Below the pieces are notes generated by a model. The model saw only the letters and a list, made by a program, of their open reading frames with translations. It ran no database searches and was not told the origin of the DNA. Source: Octopus sinensis (Eukaryota). From it: 64,000 nt of DNA. Of the stretch, positions 13,556 through 27,203 are shown one piece after another. A program made the translations under genes and the position numbers. The stretch lies in the NCBI RefSeq assembly GCF_006345805.1, contig NC_043007.1:12276001-12340000 (forward strand). The letters are read 5' to 3'. Position 1 is the first letter of the stretch, and every line of letters begins with the position of its first letter.

Positions 13556-14994
13556 CACAAGGGGCTAAACATAGAAGGGACAAACAAGGACAGACAAACG
13601 GATTAAGTCGATTACATCAACCCCAGTGCATAACTGGTACTTATATAATCGACCCCGAAAGGATGAAAGGAAAAGTCGACCTTGGCGGAATTTGAACCCA
13701 AAACATAGCGGCAGACGAAATACCGCTAAGCATTTCGCCCAGCGTACTAACATTTCTGCCAGCTTGCTTGCTGCCTTTATTATTTTTAAGAATTGGAAAG
13801 AATAATCATTACCATGCTGGTAACGATTCTACCACCTCGCCACCTTATTCAGAGATAGTTATTAAAATGCTGAATTATTCTTTCCAATTCTTAAAAATAA
13901 TACTGGTTCTGCCATACACACAAAGCATATCTGACCGAAGGATTAAGTACAATCAGTTAAATGAAACCCCAATATATGAGCAGTACATATTTTACCAAAT
14001 GTGGGTGGATGAAAGCCTAAGTCAAACCAGATAAGATTTTGGACCCAAAGCATAAAAGACATAAATAAATGCCGATAGATATTTTGTTTGCTAATCTACA
14101 GATTATGCCAATAATAAAAGATCTATTTTATTTTATTTTTAAAGAAAACATATCTGGTGGAAGAAGCGAGTTAAATATATTTAAAACAGTGGAATTATTT
14201 TGGTTTCATTTAAGTCTTCTTGAATACAGAAGTAATTAAATGATTTATTAAGCACAAACTAACTAACTTTAAAATTAAGTGCACCAAAGAATTTAGCAAT
14301 GTGTAATTTGAATATTTTAACCTAAAGGAAATTGGAATTGTAAAAAAAAAAAAAATAAAATAAAATAAAATAAAATAAAATAAAGAATGCTGGCAGGAAT
14401 TGATGAAATGATATTGAACAGAAAAAGAAATATTTTAAAATTATTGGATTGTTGTTTAAATAAATTGCTGTATGCACTGGAAGATATAGCCTGGCTTCAA
14501 GGCAGAGACACTACTTTGCATCCTTTTATATATTCATTATAAACAGACCCAGGCACAGACATGGCTGTGTGGATAAGAAGCTTGCTTTGCAACCATGCGG
14601 TTTCAGGTTCAGTCCCACTATGCAGCAGCTTGGACAAGTGTTTTCTACTTTAGCCCCTTCTACTTCACAATGCCTTGTGAATAAATTTGGTAGATAGAAA
14701 CTATATGGAAACCCATAGTGTATGTATGTGTGTGTAGGGGGCTAACTTTAGGTTAATATTTTAACCTGGCAATGTGTTGTGTTCTTAAGCAAAACACTTC
14801 ATTTCAACTTTTGCCTTTCTCAGCACCAACCATTCTGCAACTCATTTCTACTGCTGAGTGATCTGGAGCAACATGAAATAAAGTGTCTTGCTCAAGAACA
14901 CAACACGCAGCCCGGTCTGGGAATCGAACTCACAACCTCACAACTGTAACCACTGGGCCATGCACCTTCACACACACGCACAAATGTATATACT

Positions 14995-15388
14995 TTTCTA
15001 CTCTAGACACAAGGCCCAAAATTTTTGGGTAGGGAGCCAGTCGATTAGATCAACCCCAGTAAGCAACTGGTACTTAATGTATCAACTTCAAAAGGATGAC
15101 AGGCAAAGCCGACCTCGGCAGAATTTGGACTCAGAATGTAAAGACAGATGAAAAACCTATTTCTTTACTACCCACAAGGGGGCTAAACACAGAGAGGACA
15201 AACAAGGACAGACAAACGGATTAAGTCAATTATATCGACCCCAGTGCGTAACTGGTACTTATTTAATCGACCCCGAAAGGATGAAAGGGAAATCGACCTC
15301 GGCAGAATTTGAACTCAGAATGTAACGGCAGACAAAATACGGCTACGCATTTTGCCCGGTGTGCTAACGATTCTGCCAGCTCGCTGCC
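14995..15388 (-). mobile_element. SINE family B concatemer (second unit with alternative tail)
   Basis: Head at about 15388; junction at about 15155; second unit ends in the GCCTTGTGTCTAGAGTAGAAAAG-type tail. Confidence 0.8.
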
Positions 15389-15424
15389 TAACACACACAC
15401 ACACACAATGGAAATTGCAGATGT

Positions 15425-15778
15425 GTTACCAGTGCCGGTGGCATGTAAGAGAACTTTCCGTTTCGCGACCGTTGCCAGCACCGCCCCGTTTCGTGTCCGT
15501 TGCCAGCCTCGCCTGGCCCTCGTGCCGGTGGCACATAAAAAGCACCATCCGTTCGTGGCCGTTTGCCAGCTCTGTCTGGCACCAGTGCGGGTGGCACGTA
15601 AAAAGCACCCACTACACTCACGGAGTGGTTGGCGTTAGGAAGGGCATCCAGCCGTAGAAACACTGCCAGATTTGACTGGGCCTGATGAAGCCTTCTGGCT
15701 TCACAGACCCCAGTAGAACCGTCCAACCCATGCTAGCATGGAAAACGGACGCTAAACGATGATGATGATGATGATGAT
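15425..15778 (+). mobile_element. RTE 3' UTR (family C) with tandem units
   Basis: Three GGTGGCAC.TAAAAAGCACC-type units, then the family core and (GAT)n. Confidence 0.8.
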
Positions 15779-16736
15779 ATATATATTGTAGGAGTGTTGT
15801 TCCTTGTGTTGTTATCATGTTACGTACTACTGGTTCAATATATTTTGTTCTATTTTGTACTATAGTTTTTGGGATCACAATGTCCTTTCTGGGAAGAATT
15901 TCTTTGTTTCATACATAGTTTTTTTTTTTTATTTCTAACTTTGTAGCTATGAGTTAATACTATTTTGTTTATATTTGATAATGTTATTTATAATAATAAG
16001 TAGGTTTTTGACATAATGGTCATATTATGCTAATATTTCACTCTTGTAACTCGTCTGATGTTTCCGAAACAGCATTTATATTTTTTAACACTGTTGACAC
16101 CTGCAAGACTGAATGGTACTGTCCAGGTGTCAAAACAATAGTGATATCCACTAGGCAGCTGATGAAGAGAATGTATATTTGATATGCTTGTTTGTGAATC
16201 TTTTATGTTTTTGAGTTTTGTTATTCTGGGTTTCCCTTGATTTTCATAAAGTTGAACATGATTTGGGGGTTCATGGTTTGTGGTGATTACATATATTCAT
16301 ATTGTTTGACTAACTTATCAGGCTAAGATGATAATTAATGGTTTTCAGTTTTTTAGGAGGTCCTGTGGCATTTATATATGTCCCACCCATACTAGCATGG
16401 AACACAGACATTAAATGATGATGATATATTTAGTTTACAAGATTCTTGATGTGAAAATCATGTGTTGAAGGAAATTTTGATGTGTCTTGGGAGAGGCAGA
16501 TCTTGGGGCAAGTTGGGAGATCTTGGAGCAACTTGGGAGATCTTGGAGCAAGTCGGAATCACTAAAAAGGTTGTGAACAGCAATGAAGGAACTTTAATGG
16601 ACAAACAAACCAACTGATTATTTAACCAGCTCATTAAATAAATGATCGATTAGTTGGTTAGAAATTTAATCAAGAAGTGGTATTGAACCTGTGTGGGTGT
16701 TATTACTATTGGTATAATGACCCTCCCACGATGCAA

Positions 16737-16810
<74 letters not shown>

Positions 16811-17024
16811 CGTTCTCGTCCGTTCATACCTATTTATACTGTTTATGCTACATTTCTTTATCGGATTAATAATTTAGCCAGTGAATAGAAATTTGATATC
16901 AGATGAAAAACAATATGCACTGTAGCCAATAGGAGTGAACAAAAATCCTTTAAGTTGGTGCTCCAGTATGACCACAGTCCAATGACTGAAAAGAATGAAA
17001 GAATAAACCAAAAACTAGAACTTA

Positions 17025-17222
<198 letters not shown>

Positions 17223-17345
17223 TTAAAGGGTTTTTAAGGTTCTATTGAAATATCAAACAAAACACGTAATTCCAGTCGCAAACGTATTTCAAGGTGGGTA
17301 TAATTAATGTTATGAGTTAATATTGCAATATATTTTAGCTGAAGA

Positions 17346-17627
17346 TCATCATCATCATCATCATCATTTAGCGTCCATTTTCCATGCTAGCATGGGTTGG
17401 ACGGTTCAACCAGGTTCTGGGAAGCCAGGAGGCTGCACCAGGCTCCAGTCTGATCTGGCAGTATTTCTACAGCTGGATGCCCTTCCTAACACCAACCACT
17501 CCGTGGGTGTACTGGGTGTTTTTTACGTGCCACCGGCACAGGGGCCAGAGCAGGCTGGCAAATGGCCACGATTGGTTGGTGTTTATACGTGTCACCGAAA
17601 TGGACACCAGTCAGGCGGCACTGGAGA
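17346..17627 (-). mobile_element. RTE 3' UTR (family C)
   Basis: Reverse complement of the family C core with (CAT)n on the + strand. Confidence 0.8.
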
Positions 17628-18239
17628 TATAAATTATTATATTACAGCTTTCGAAAAAAATTTCATCTTCATCATCATCATTGTCATCATTTTAATGTTC
17701 CCTTCTCCATGTTTGTATTGATCGGACAAAATTTGCTGAGGCAGATTTTCTACAGCTAGAAACTATTCTTGTCACCAAGCCTTACCTGTTTTCTAATCAA
17801 GGTAATATTTCCTCTTGTCCTTCAAACATGAACAGCACAATGGCCTGGCATGTTTTTGTGGAAGGTTGTATTTGTTTGTAACTAATGCCCAATCTACAGA
17901 GAATGAGATACAAACACCTGTGTACACATACACACACACACAGACACACATATATATATATATATATATATGCAACATATGGTTTCTTTCAGTTTTCACC
18001 AACCAAATTTTCATGGCTGGTGCCATGAAAATAAAAAAAGGGGGAAAAGCTTCTAGTTTATGACATCAAGTAGTTTGTGTTAAGAAGGGCATCCAGCTGT
18101 AGAACTGAAGTCAAAAGTGAAACCTGGACAAGATAAGGACCCTGACCCATGTATGAGAGCAGTGTCCCCAAATACAAGCTGACTCTGATAATGGTGACTT
18201 AAACAGTATAGATGACAGTATAGAAGGCAGGTGTAAAAC

Positions 18240-18795
18240 GATGATGGTGGGGATGGAGCAATGGTGGCAACTGCTGTGGGGATGGTGATGATAATGATGA
18301 TGGTGAAGACAACAACAACAATAATGATGACAATAGCAACAAAGACAACGACGACAGCGAAGATGATGATGATGATGAGCAAGATGATGATGATGATGAT
18401 GATGATGGCGCTGATGATGATGATGGTGGTGGTGGTGGTAATGGTGATGGTGATGGTGATGATGATGAAGATGATGATGATGATTGTGGTGATGGTGATG
18501 AAGATGATGATGGTGATGATGGTGCTTATGATGATGATGGTGGTGGTGGTGGTGATGGTGATGATGGTAATGGTGATGGTGATGGTGATGGTGATGATGA
18601 TGGTGATGATGATGAAGATGATTGTGGTGATGGTGATGATGATGATAATGATGATGATGGTGGTGGTGGTGATGATGATGATGATGGTGGTGATGATAAT
18701 GGTGATGGTGATGGTGGTGGTGGTGGTGATGATGATGATGGTGGTGGTGACGACAATGATGATGATGATGATCTTGATGGTGATGATGATGATGA
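18240..18795. repeat. Compound (GAT/GGT)n trinucleotide tract
   Basis: About 550 nt in register; follows a degenerate family-C core starting at about 18081. Confidence 0.95.
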
Positions 18796-19442
18796 ATCAA
18801 AGGTATTAATCATATTCAAACTAAATAAGTCATTTGCTTTACTTCCATATGTAGTTTGAAGTGGACATCAAGATGCTTTATTTATTATTTTTTTTGTTTC
18901 AGCTACTTGTGAGTTTAAACCTTGACACAGCCGCTGCCCAAACAGCCCAAGGCAAAGCACATCTTGTCCACCACTTATGTGAATTAGGAGACAGATAGGA
19001 ATCCACTACAGATTGTAGAAAAAAAAAATATATAAAATTTACCAAAAACACAGACACTAATTTAAGAACTTATTCAAACTAATGCTAGAATATTAAAATG
19101 TTTACGAAATGAAAAAAAAAAGAAAAAAAACTAAAGGAGCAGACAAATTTCTAATATTTTAGTTTTAAAAATAAATCTTGTGGATGTAATTATATTCTTT
19201 CTCCATAAATTGTTTCATTAAAAAGGATGAAAAAGTAAATTAAAATAATAAAAACAGAATATGTATTCTGTCTCGATTAGGCAAGCGTTCTGTTTATAGT
19301 TTGTGATATAATACCATTTTTTCCCTGTATCCAGTTTGTTTGTGTATGCAAATGGCTAATTTTTTTAAATGGAAATATTCATATGGAGCTCTAGGGAAGT
19401 ATGTTTTGCAGTCGGATTTTCTTTCTAATGCCAACATCTTAA

Positions 19443-19834
19443 TCTCTCTATATATAAAGCTGAAGTTGTCTGTGTGTGGCAAGTTTGGTAGCCTTCAACT
19501 AACACTGTCTCCTCTGAGACCCTGCGGCGCAAGTTGACCAAAATTGAGACTATGATAGAAGAAGGCTTGCTCTTCTTTCCGTAGAAGAAAAAATTCAAAT
19601 CGGACCATGTTAACACCAAAAATTATTTACATCAAAAAGGTGCTTTTTTTCTATGAAAATCCCTATTTTTTACGATTTTTTGACTGCTGTGTTGCCATTT
19701 TTCGGTGTATTTCAACCAGAAAAATGTTCACTCAAAGAAAATAACAAGCTACATAATGCAAAATTTTTAGTTTTCAAAAATTTCAGTTCTAAAGGGTTAA
19801 AACAAACCCAAGGAATGCCGGGCGATACTGCTAG
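19443..19834 (+). mobile_element. Non-autonomous Helitron
   Basis: a|TCTCTCTATATATAAAG...CCCAAGGAATGCCGGG hairpin...CTAG|t: TC start, CTAG end, inserted between A and T; sister copies at 46368, 37437 and 23415 (partial). Confidence 0.8.
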
Positions 19835-20204
19835 TTAAAGGATAAAATGCACATAGGAAAACCCACACCAAGCAGAAATCAAATATCTCAAAAGAGGAAG
19901 GCAGTCCTGTTGAGACTCTTAAGTATGACCGCATACTAAACACTACTAATGTAATAGTAAAACAGGAAAGGAACCCGGTGACTAATTAATCATTTAGATA
20001 ACGGGGTGGTGACTAAAGGAAGCTGAACGAAGATTCTATCTTGACAACAAAGAACAAATTGTTAGGCTTTTAATAGAACTAAAACTCACAAACAGTTCGT
20101 GTAACTTATGTATGGAATGCCAAAAGTTCTACAAAATTTTTAGTCGCAGAAGTTGAAAATTCTAACATTGTTTACTGTTAGAATGCACAAAAAAAATTTT
20201 TTGT

Positions 20205-20505
20205 TTTTTGTTCCTTCTCGAGCTATGCCTGGCTCATAAGGGCCGGTTTCCCAGTTTCTTGGCGTATAGGTTCCCCACCTGGATGGGATGCCGGTCCATC
20301 ACAGGTGAGTTGCAAGATGCAGGAGGAAAGAGTGAGAGAAAGTTGTGGCGAAAGAGTCAGCAGAAGTTCACCATTACCTTTTGCTGGAGCCGCATGGAGC
20401 TTAGGTGTTTCGCTCATAAACACACACACTGCCCGGTCTAAGATTTGAACCCGCAATCCCTCAACCGCGAGTCCGCTTCTCTAACCACTAGGCCATGTGC
20501 CACCA
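20205..20505 (-). mobile_element. SINE family D (tail type 2)
   Basis: Family D head; tail contains CCTGTGATGGACCGGCATCCCATCCAGG; sister copy at 61921-62225. Confidence 0.8.
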
Positions 20506-21719
20506 CACGAAAAATATTCAGAATGGTGTCAACAAATGAACACAGATATTCCTGAGTAACTAGCAGTAAGCATGGTCATTGATAGCAGCATTTCCAAACT
20601 TTATCCCAGAGTCTTGTAACAGATGGTCAATGTATATGAAGTGGGATCTTACCCTCATGTTTTTGCTATGCAGAGGCCTCCATAGCAACAACTGATAGCA
20701 AACTGATGCTTGCTTCTCCAACCGTGACCAGCAAACCCAAATCTTCGTTGTTGTGGTGTGGCTGTTATTGGCGGCAGATTACCATTAAGTAAACAGCTGC
20801 AACTATATCAACCAAATTAAGCCACTTCCTAACAATCTGTCTCGAAAGACTATTAGAAACAGCTTAATTTTGATGTCCACTTTTCGATGCTTGCATGGGT
20901 CAGATGAAGTTTACCGAGGCAGCTTTCTCAATGACTAGATGCTCTTCCTGTTGCTTAACAATCACTTGCTTCCAAGCAAGGTAATATTTTGCCATAGCTA
21001 GACATGTTCTTGTAGAATATTAGAAATGAATGACATTTCTCGTAGGGCAGTGATGCTCATTCACAATTATCATGTGATGTCAAGACAAGGAGATGCAAAT
21101 ATACACACGCAAAGCGTCCAGTCCACCTTGTAAAGTGGTTGTCATTTGGAAGGGCATCCAGCTGTAAAAACCTTGCCAAAACTGACCACACCTGTGCTTG
21201 TGACATGTACTCTGCTGAAGGGCATCCAGCAGTAAAAATCCTACCAAAACAATCACAGAAGTCTATGCAGGCTTCTGCTTGAGCGGCTCCTGTCAAACCA
21301 TCTCACCCATGCCAGCATGGAAAGCGGATATTTTTTGATGATTATATATATATATATATATCATCATCATCATCATCGTTTAACGTCCGTTTTCCATGCT
21401 AGCATGGGTTGGACGGTTCAACCGGGGTCTGGGAAGCCAGGAGGCTGCACCAGGCTCCAGTCTGATCTGGCAGTATTTCTACAGCTCGATGCCCTTCCTA
21501 ACGCCAACCTCTCTAAGAGTGTAGTGGGTGCCACGATTGGTTGGTGCTTTTTACATGCCACCAGCACAGAAGCCAGTCATGGCGGTGCTGGCATCGGCCA
21601 CGTACAGATGGTGCATTTTACGTGCCACCAGCACAGGTGCCAGGGGAGGCTGGCAACGGCCACAATCGGTTGGTGCATATATATATATATATATATATAT
21701 GCACCAACCAATCGTGGGC

Positions 21720-21759
<40 letters not shown>

Positions 21760-21767
21760 TGTATAGA

Positions 21768-22060
21768 GAAGGTGCATGGCTCAGTGGTTATAGCATCAGG
21801 CTCACAATCCTGAGGTAGTGAGTTCGATTCCTGGGCCAGGCTGTGTATTATGTTCTTCAGCAAGACACTTTATTTCATGTTGCTCCAGTTCACCCAGCTG
21901 TAGAAATGAACTGTGACGTCAAGATGTATCAGCCTTTGCCTTTCCCTTGGCATGAAGAGGGGCGGCTGCTATGCATGGGAGACTGCTGGTCTTCCATAAA
22001 CAACCTTTCCCAGACTTGTGCCTCAGAGGGGAACTTTCTAGGGGGAATCCCATAGTTATT
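21768..22060 (+). mobile_element. CORE-like SINE family E
   Basis: Matches the 10968-11304 copy in opposite orientation. Confidence 0.75.
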
Positions 22061-22244
22061 CATAGTGTATAGAAGATGTTATAATTCAAGTTGTGTCCTT
22101 GTAATGCACACCTGCACATTCCAGTAATCTAAACTTTGTATGTGGGTGTTTAATTTTAAATAAGGAAGTCACACAAACTAGTTGAAAGTCCAGATGCATC
22201 ATAATATTTGCAGAGTGAATATTATTTTTGAATCTTTCCCCTAT

Positions 22245-22658
22245 AGGCGTAGGAGTTGTTGTGTGGTAAGTAGCTTGCTTACGAACCACATGGTTCTGGG
22301 TTCAGTTCCACTGCGTGACACCTTGGGCAACTGTCTTCTACAATAGCCTTAGGCCGACCAAAGCCTTGTGAGTGGATTTGGTAGACGGAAACTGAAAGAA
22401 GCACATCGTATATGTGTATATATATATATGTATGTATGTCTGTGTATATGTTTGTGTGTCTGTGTTTATCCACCCCCAAACATCGCTTGACAACCGATGC
22501 TGGTGTGTTTACGTCCCTGTAACTTAGCGGTTCGGCAAAAGAGACCAATAGAATAAGTACTGGGCTTACAAAGAATAAGTCCTGGTGTCGATTTGCTCAA
22601 CTAAAAGCGGTGCTCCAGCATGGCCACAGGCACATGACTGAAACAAGTAAAAGAGTAA
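22245..22658 (+). mobile_element. SINE family A, full length
   Basis: Head to tail match with other copies. Confidence 0.85.
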
Positions 22659-22759
22659 AAAATCACAGTTTATGAAATCCTCTATACGTATATAACAATT
22701 ATGGATTTATTATAATCATATTGTTATTAACGATGATAATGAAAATAATATTTATATTC

Positions 22760-23312
22760 GAAGACCTGTTGAGGCAAGTGAAAATCAAAAAAAGAAAAAA
22801 TCAAACCAAATCAAAATCGATGAACATCAATGGAATTTGTATCTTTGTGGTACCAGTGCCGGTGGCACATAAGAAAACCATCCGAACGTGGCCGTAGCCA
22901 GTACCGCATCGACTGGCCTCCGTGCTGTGGGCATGTAACAAACACCATCCGATCATGGCCGTTCACCAGCCTCGTCTGGTACCTGTGTCGGTGGCACATA
23001 AAAAACACCATCTGAGCCTGGCCGTTCGCCAGCCTCGTCTGGCACCTGTGTCAGTGGCACATAAAAAAACACCATCCGAGCGTGGCCGTTCGCCAGCCTT
23101 GTCTGGCACCTGTGTCGGTGGCACATAAAATCACCCACTACACTCTCGGAGTGGTTGGCGTTAGGAAGGGCATCCAGCTGTAGAAACACTGCCAGATCTG
23201 ACTGGCCTGGTGCAGCCTTCGGGCTTCCCAGACCCCAGTTGAACTGTCCAACCTATGCTAGCATGGAAAGCGGACGTTAAACAATGATGATGATGATGAT
23301 GATGATGATAAT
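22760..23312 (+). mobile_element. RTE 3' end (family C) with 4-5 tandem ~62-bp units
   Basis: Repeated CACCTGTGTCGGTGGCACATAAAAAACACCATCCGAGCGTGGCCGTTCGCCAGCCTCGTCTG, then the core and (GAT)n. Confidence 0.8.
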
Positions 23313-25050
23313 GTATATCTTATACTGCAGTGAAACATGTGTGACATAGAATTGAAAATATACCAAATTTTCCATTCTTTGTTTTATTAGGTTGAGAAAA
23401 AAGTTTGTGCACCAAAAATGTTCACTTAAAGCTACATAATGCAAAATTTTTATTTTGCAAAAATTCCAATTCTAAAGGGTCAATACAAACCTGAGCAACA
23501 CCGGGCGATACTGCTAGTAAATATATACAGGTAACCATCACTGTTGACTTGTCTATAACTAGTCTCGTCTTAATTGAGGTGTTTAGTAACAGACCATCGT
23601 AAGTCACGCGACTTTCAGAATGCGTTATCTTGGCAAGGAATGAAGCTAAGAAGCTGGTTTTGGTCTTAAAGTGACTGTGAAGACTTCCTCTAATTATTCC
23701 ACCTATGTAAAATTATTGATTTATGTATGGCTCTGAATGATGAAACAATGACTGCGTCTTTCTCATTTTGTAGAATAGACCGTTACTACGAAATGGTGTA
23801 TCGTATTGCATATTTTAGCCATAATACCTAGAAAGATCATACAGAGACCTGCCAAAGGTATTGTTTGTGTTTCAGCCTCCCCTGGGACCTGTACCGGTGG
23901 CATGTAAAAAGCACCCACTACACTCACGGAGTGGTTGGCATTAGGAAGGGCATCCAGCTGTAGAAAAACTGCCAGATCAGACTGGAGCCTGGTGCAGCCT
24001 CCTGGCTTCCCAGACCCCAGTTGAACTGTCCAACCCATGCTAGCACGGAAAATGGACGTTAAATGATGATGATGATGAAGGTAAGTATCTTTAAGAGGTA
24101 AGAAAGACAAGGTAGTAAGATAATAGCCCATTATTGTTATGATGGTAACGAGGAATATTAGAAAATGAGCCATAACACCTTAGAAAATGATACAGGGACC
24201 ACACCCTGTTATTGATTGAGCCTGTGTGCTTATGATGGTGTGTTACTAAGTTCTCTGGTCCAAGTTTGGGTGAGCAAGTGTTGTGTCAATAGCACCAAGG
24301 TACCATTCTTTTCAGCTGGATTTTCAACCTTGTTGCAAACCTCACTGGTTCGTCCTCCCAACTTTTTCAAATTCTAGACACTGACACAAAGTAAATTACA
24401 TACTAACCTTGAAAATGGCCAGGGAGGCACTTACGACACTCTGTTACTAAACGCCTCAATTATCCTTTTCCACACTCTGATTGCTTTAATTACTTTTTCT
24501 ATCCATTTCTCAGCTAACGACCTATACGACATATGTGTGTGTGTGTGAGTATGTATATTCTATGTGTGTGTGTGTCAGTTTGTCCCCCCCCCTCCATCAC
24601 CTCTTGACAACCAGTGTTGGTGTAATTCTATTCCCATAATGTAGCAATTCGACAACAAAGACTGATAGAATAAGTACTAGGCTTAAAAAATAAGTTCTGA
24701 GGGTTGATTTGTTCAACTAAGACCCTTCAAAGTGGTGCTCCAGCATGGCCACAGTCGATTACCTGAAACAAGTAAAAGGATAAAACATATACATATGAAA
24801 ATACGCGAGATGAAGTATATGTGTGTTTGCGTGTGCGTGAGTGCATCACTGCAGTTGCCCCTCCCAACCATTAACAATTGTCTATGTACCAATAACTTAG
24901 CAGTTTGACAAAAGGAGGACTGACAGAATAAGTACCAACTAGGTGCCCCAGCATGGCCACAGTCCAATGACTGAAAGAAGCGAAGGAGTAAAAGAGACGA
25001 GATATTCTATTCAATGTTTAGTTTGAAAGACAATTGCATTCTATACTTAC

Positions 25051-25136
25051 AAATATTTCTTATTTTCATATACATCATACAATCCCAAAACATGAGGATG
25101 TTCTATTAACTTCATAATTGCAATTTCTCTTTCAAC
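25051..25136 (-). CDS. BRSK2: BRSK/SAD kinase coding exon, 86 nt
   Basis: tttcag|GTT GAA ... AAA TAT TT|gtaagt = [28 protein letters not shown](L); phase 0 start matches the previous exon. Confidence 0.96.
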
Positions 25137-25144
25137 CTGAAAGT

Positions 25145-26168
25145 AAAAGGAAGAATATATATAAGCAACAGGTGACATCAAATGAAGAATATACAAGCAA
25201 CAGGTAATATCGAAGGAAGAATAAGTGAGCAACAGGTAATATCAAAAAAAGACTCTATAAGCAACAGGTGACATCAAAGGAAGAATATATAAACACAGGT
25301 GACATCAAAGGAAGAATATATAAGCAGCAGGTGACATCAAAGGAAGAATATATAAGCAGCAGGTGACATCAAAGGAAAGACATATGAGCAACAGGTAATG
25401 TCAAAGGAAGAATATATGAGCAACAAGTGACATCAAAGGAAGAATATATGAGCAACAGGTAACATCAAAGGAAGAATATATGAGCAACAGGTAAAATCAA
25501 AGGAAGAATGTATAAGCAACAGGTAAAATCAAAGGAAGAATATATGAGCAACAGGTAATATCAAAGAAAGAATATATGAGCAACAGGTGACATCAAAGGA
25601 AGAATGTATAAGCAACAGGTAATATCAAAGGAAGAATATATATAAGCAACAGGTAATATAAAAAAAAAACTATATAAGCAACAGGTGACATCAAAGGAAG
25701 TATATATGAGCAACAGGTGACATAAAAAAAAGACTATATAAGCAACAGGTGACATAAAAAAAGACTATATAGGCAACAGGTGACATCAAAGGAAGAATAA
25801 AAGAGCAACAGGTGACATCAAAGGAAGAATATATAAGCAACAGGTGACATCAAAGGAAGGATATATGAGCAACAGGTGACATCAAAGGAAGAATATATGA
25901 GCAACAGGTAATATCAAAGGAAAAATAAAAGAGCAACAGGCGACATCAAAGGAAGAATATATGAGCAACAGATAATATCAAAAAAAGACTATATAAGCAA
26001 CAGGTGACATCAAAGGAAGGATATATGAGCAACAGGTAAAATCGAAGGAAGAATATATGAGCAACAGGTGACATCAAAGGAAGAATATATGAGCAACAGG
26101 TAATATCAAAGGAAGGATATATGAGCAACAGGTGACATCAAAGGAAGAATATATAAGCAACAGGTAAT
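25145..26168. repeat. 32-bp minisatellite, about 32 copies
   Basis: Unit AAGGAAGAATATATGAGCAACAGGTGACATCA; abuts the 3' splice site of the 86-nt exon. Confidence 0.95.
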
Positions 26169-26210
26169 AATGTCATGAGAACATTAATGATGGTATAAAA
26201 TTAACCCTTT

Positions 26211-26497
26211 TGGAGTCGAAACAAAAAAATTTGACTCCGATTCTGACTCTTCTACTATTGGCACCGCCAACTCTGACTCCTCTATATGTAATTGATTGTG
26301 GTCTACATATCTCATGAAGCATACGTTTGTACTTTGAGTAGGCTTATATGTTATAAGCAGTTTATATCAAAGAATAAAGATATTGCGAGTCGGAGTCGGA
26401 GTCGGTATAGTTTAACCGACTCTGACTCCGACTCCCGCTACTCCTTAATTGTTTCTGATTCCAACTCCATGACTGTTACTCTGACTCCACAACCCTG
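26211..26497. mobile_element. hAT-like MITE remnant with (GACTCC)n subterminal repeats
   Basis: GGAGTCGGAGTC / GACTCCGACTCC arrays ending in CTCCACAACCCTG. Confidence 0.55.
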
Positions 26498-26500
26498 CTT

Positions 26501-27109
26501 TTAACCCCTTAGCTTTCAGATTATTCTGTCAAATGTAACGTTTATTTATGTGCGGCATGTAAAAAGCACCATTCGAGCATGATCGCTACCTGCGTCACCT
26601 TACTGGCACTTGTGCTGGTGGCACATTAAGAAACATTCGAGCAAGGTTGTTGCCAGTGCCACTGGACTGGCTCCTGTGCAAGTGGCACATAAAAAACACC
26701 ATTTGAGCGTGGCCATTGCCAGTACCGCCTGACTGGCCTTCGTGCTGGTGGCACATAAAAGCAACCACTGAGTGGTTGGTATTAGGAAGGGCATCAAGCT
26801 GTAGAAACTCTGCTAAATCAAGATTGGAGCCTGGTGCAGCCATCTGGTTCACCAGTCCTCAATCAGATCGTCCAACCCATGCTAGCATGGAAAGCAGACG
26901 TTAAACGACGATGATGATGATGATGATGATGATGATTGTTTTGAATTAATCATGCATTATTTTGTAGCTTTGAGATTACAATGATGTGGTTGTTTAATTT
27001 TAGTATGACATTGTAGGATAGGTGTAAGAGACTAGATCTGACCAGCCCGAGCACTAAACAAGTAGAATATTTTGGCCGGATATGACTGGTTTAAATGCTA
27101 AATAGTTAA
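26501..27109. mobile_element. piggyBac-like MITE interrupted by a family C insertion
   Basis: ttaaCCCCTTAGC...GCTAAATAGttaa; uninterrupted sister copy at 54484-54715 in reverse orientation. Confidence 0.6.
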
Positions 27110-27203
27110 GGCATAGGCATGGCTGTGTGGTTAAGAAATTTCAGGTTGTCTTTGAGCAAGTGTCTTCTACTATAGCCCTGGGCTAACTAATGCATTGTGA
27201 GTG

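Noticed and set aside
18111-18819. 229-aa poly-His, 182-aa poly-Met/Val and poly-Ser/Pro ORFs
   Set aside because: Translations of a (GAT/GGT)n tract; no domain or splice support
20640-20660. Strong donor-like AGG|GTAAGA on minus as a cryptic exon end
   Set aside because: No convincing acceptor or kinase-like frame; such motifs arise by chance
25145-26168. CRISPR array or coding repeat
   Set aside because: Head-to-tail units with no unique spacers; frames contain stops
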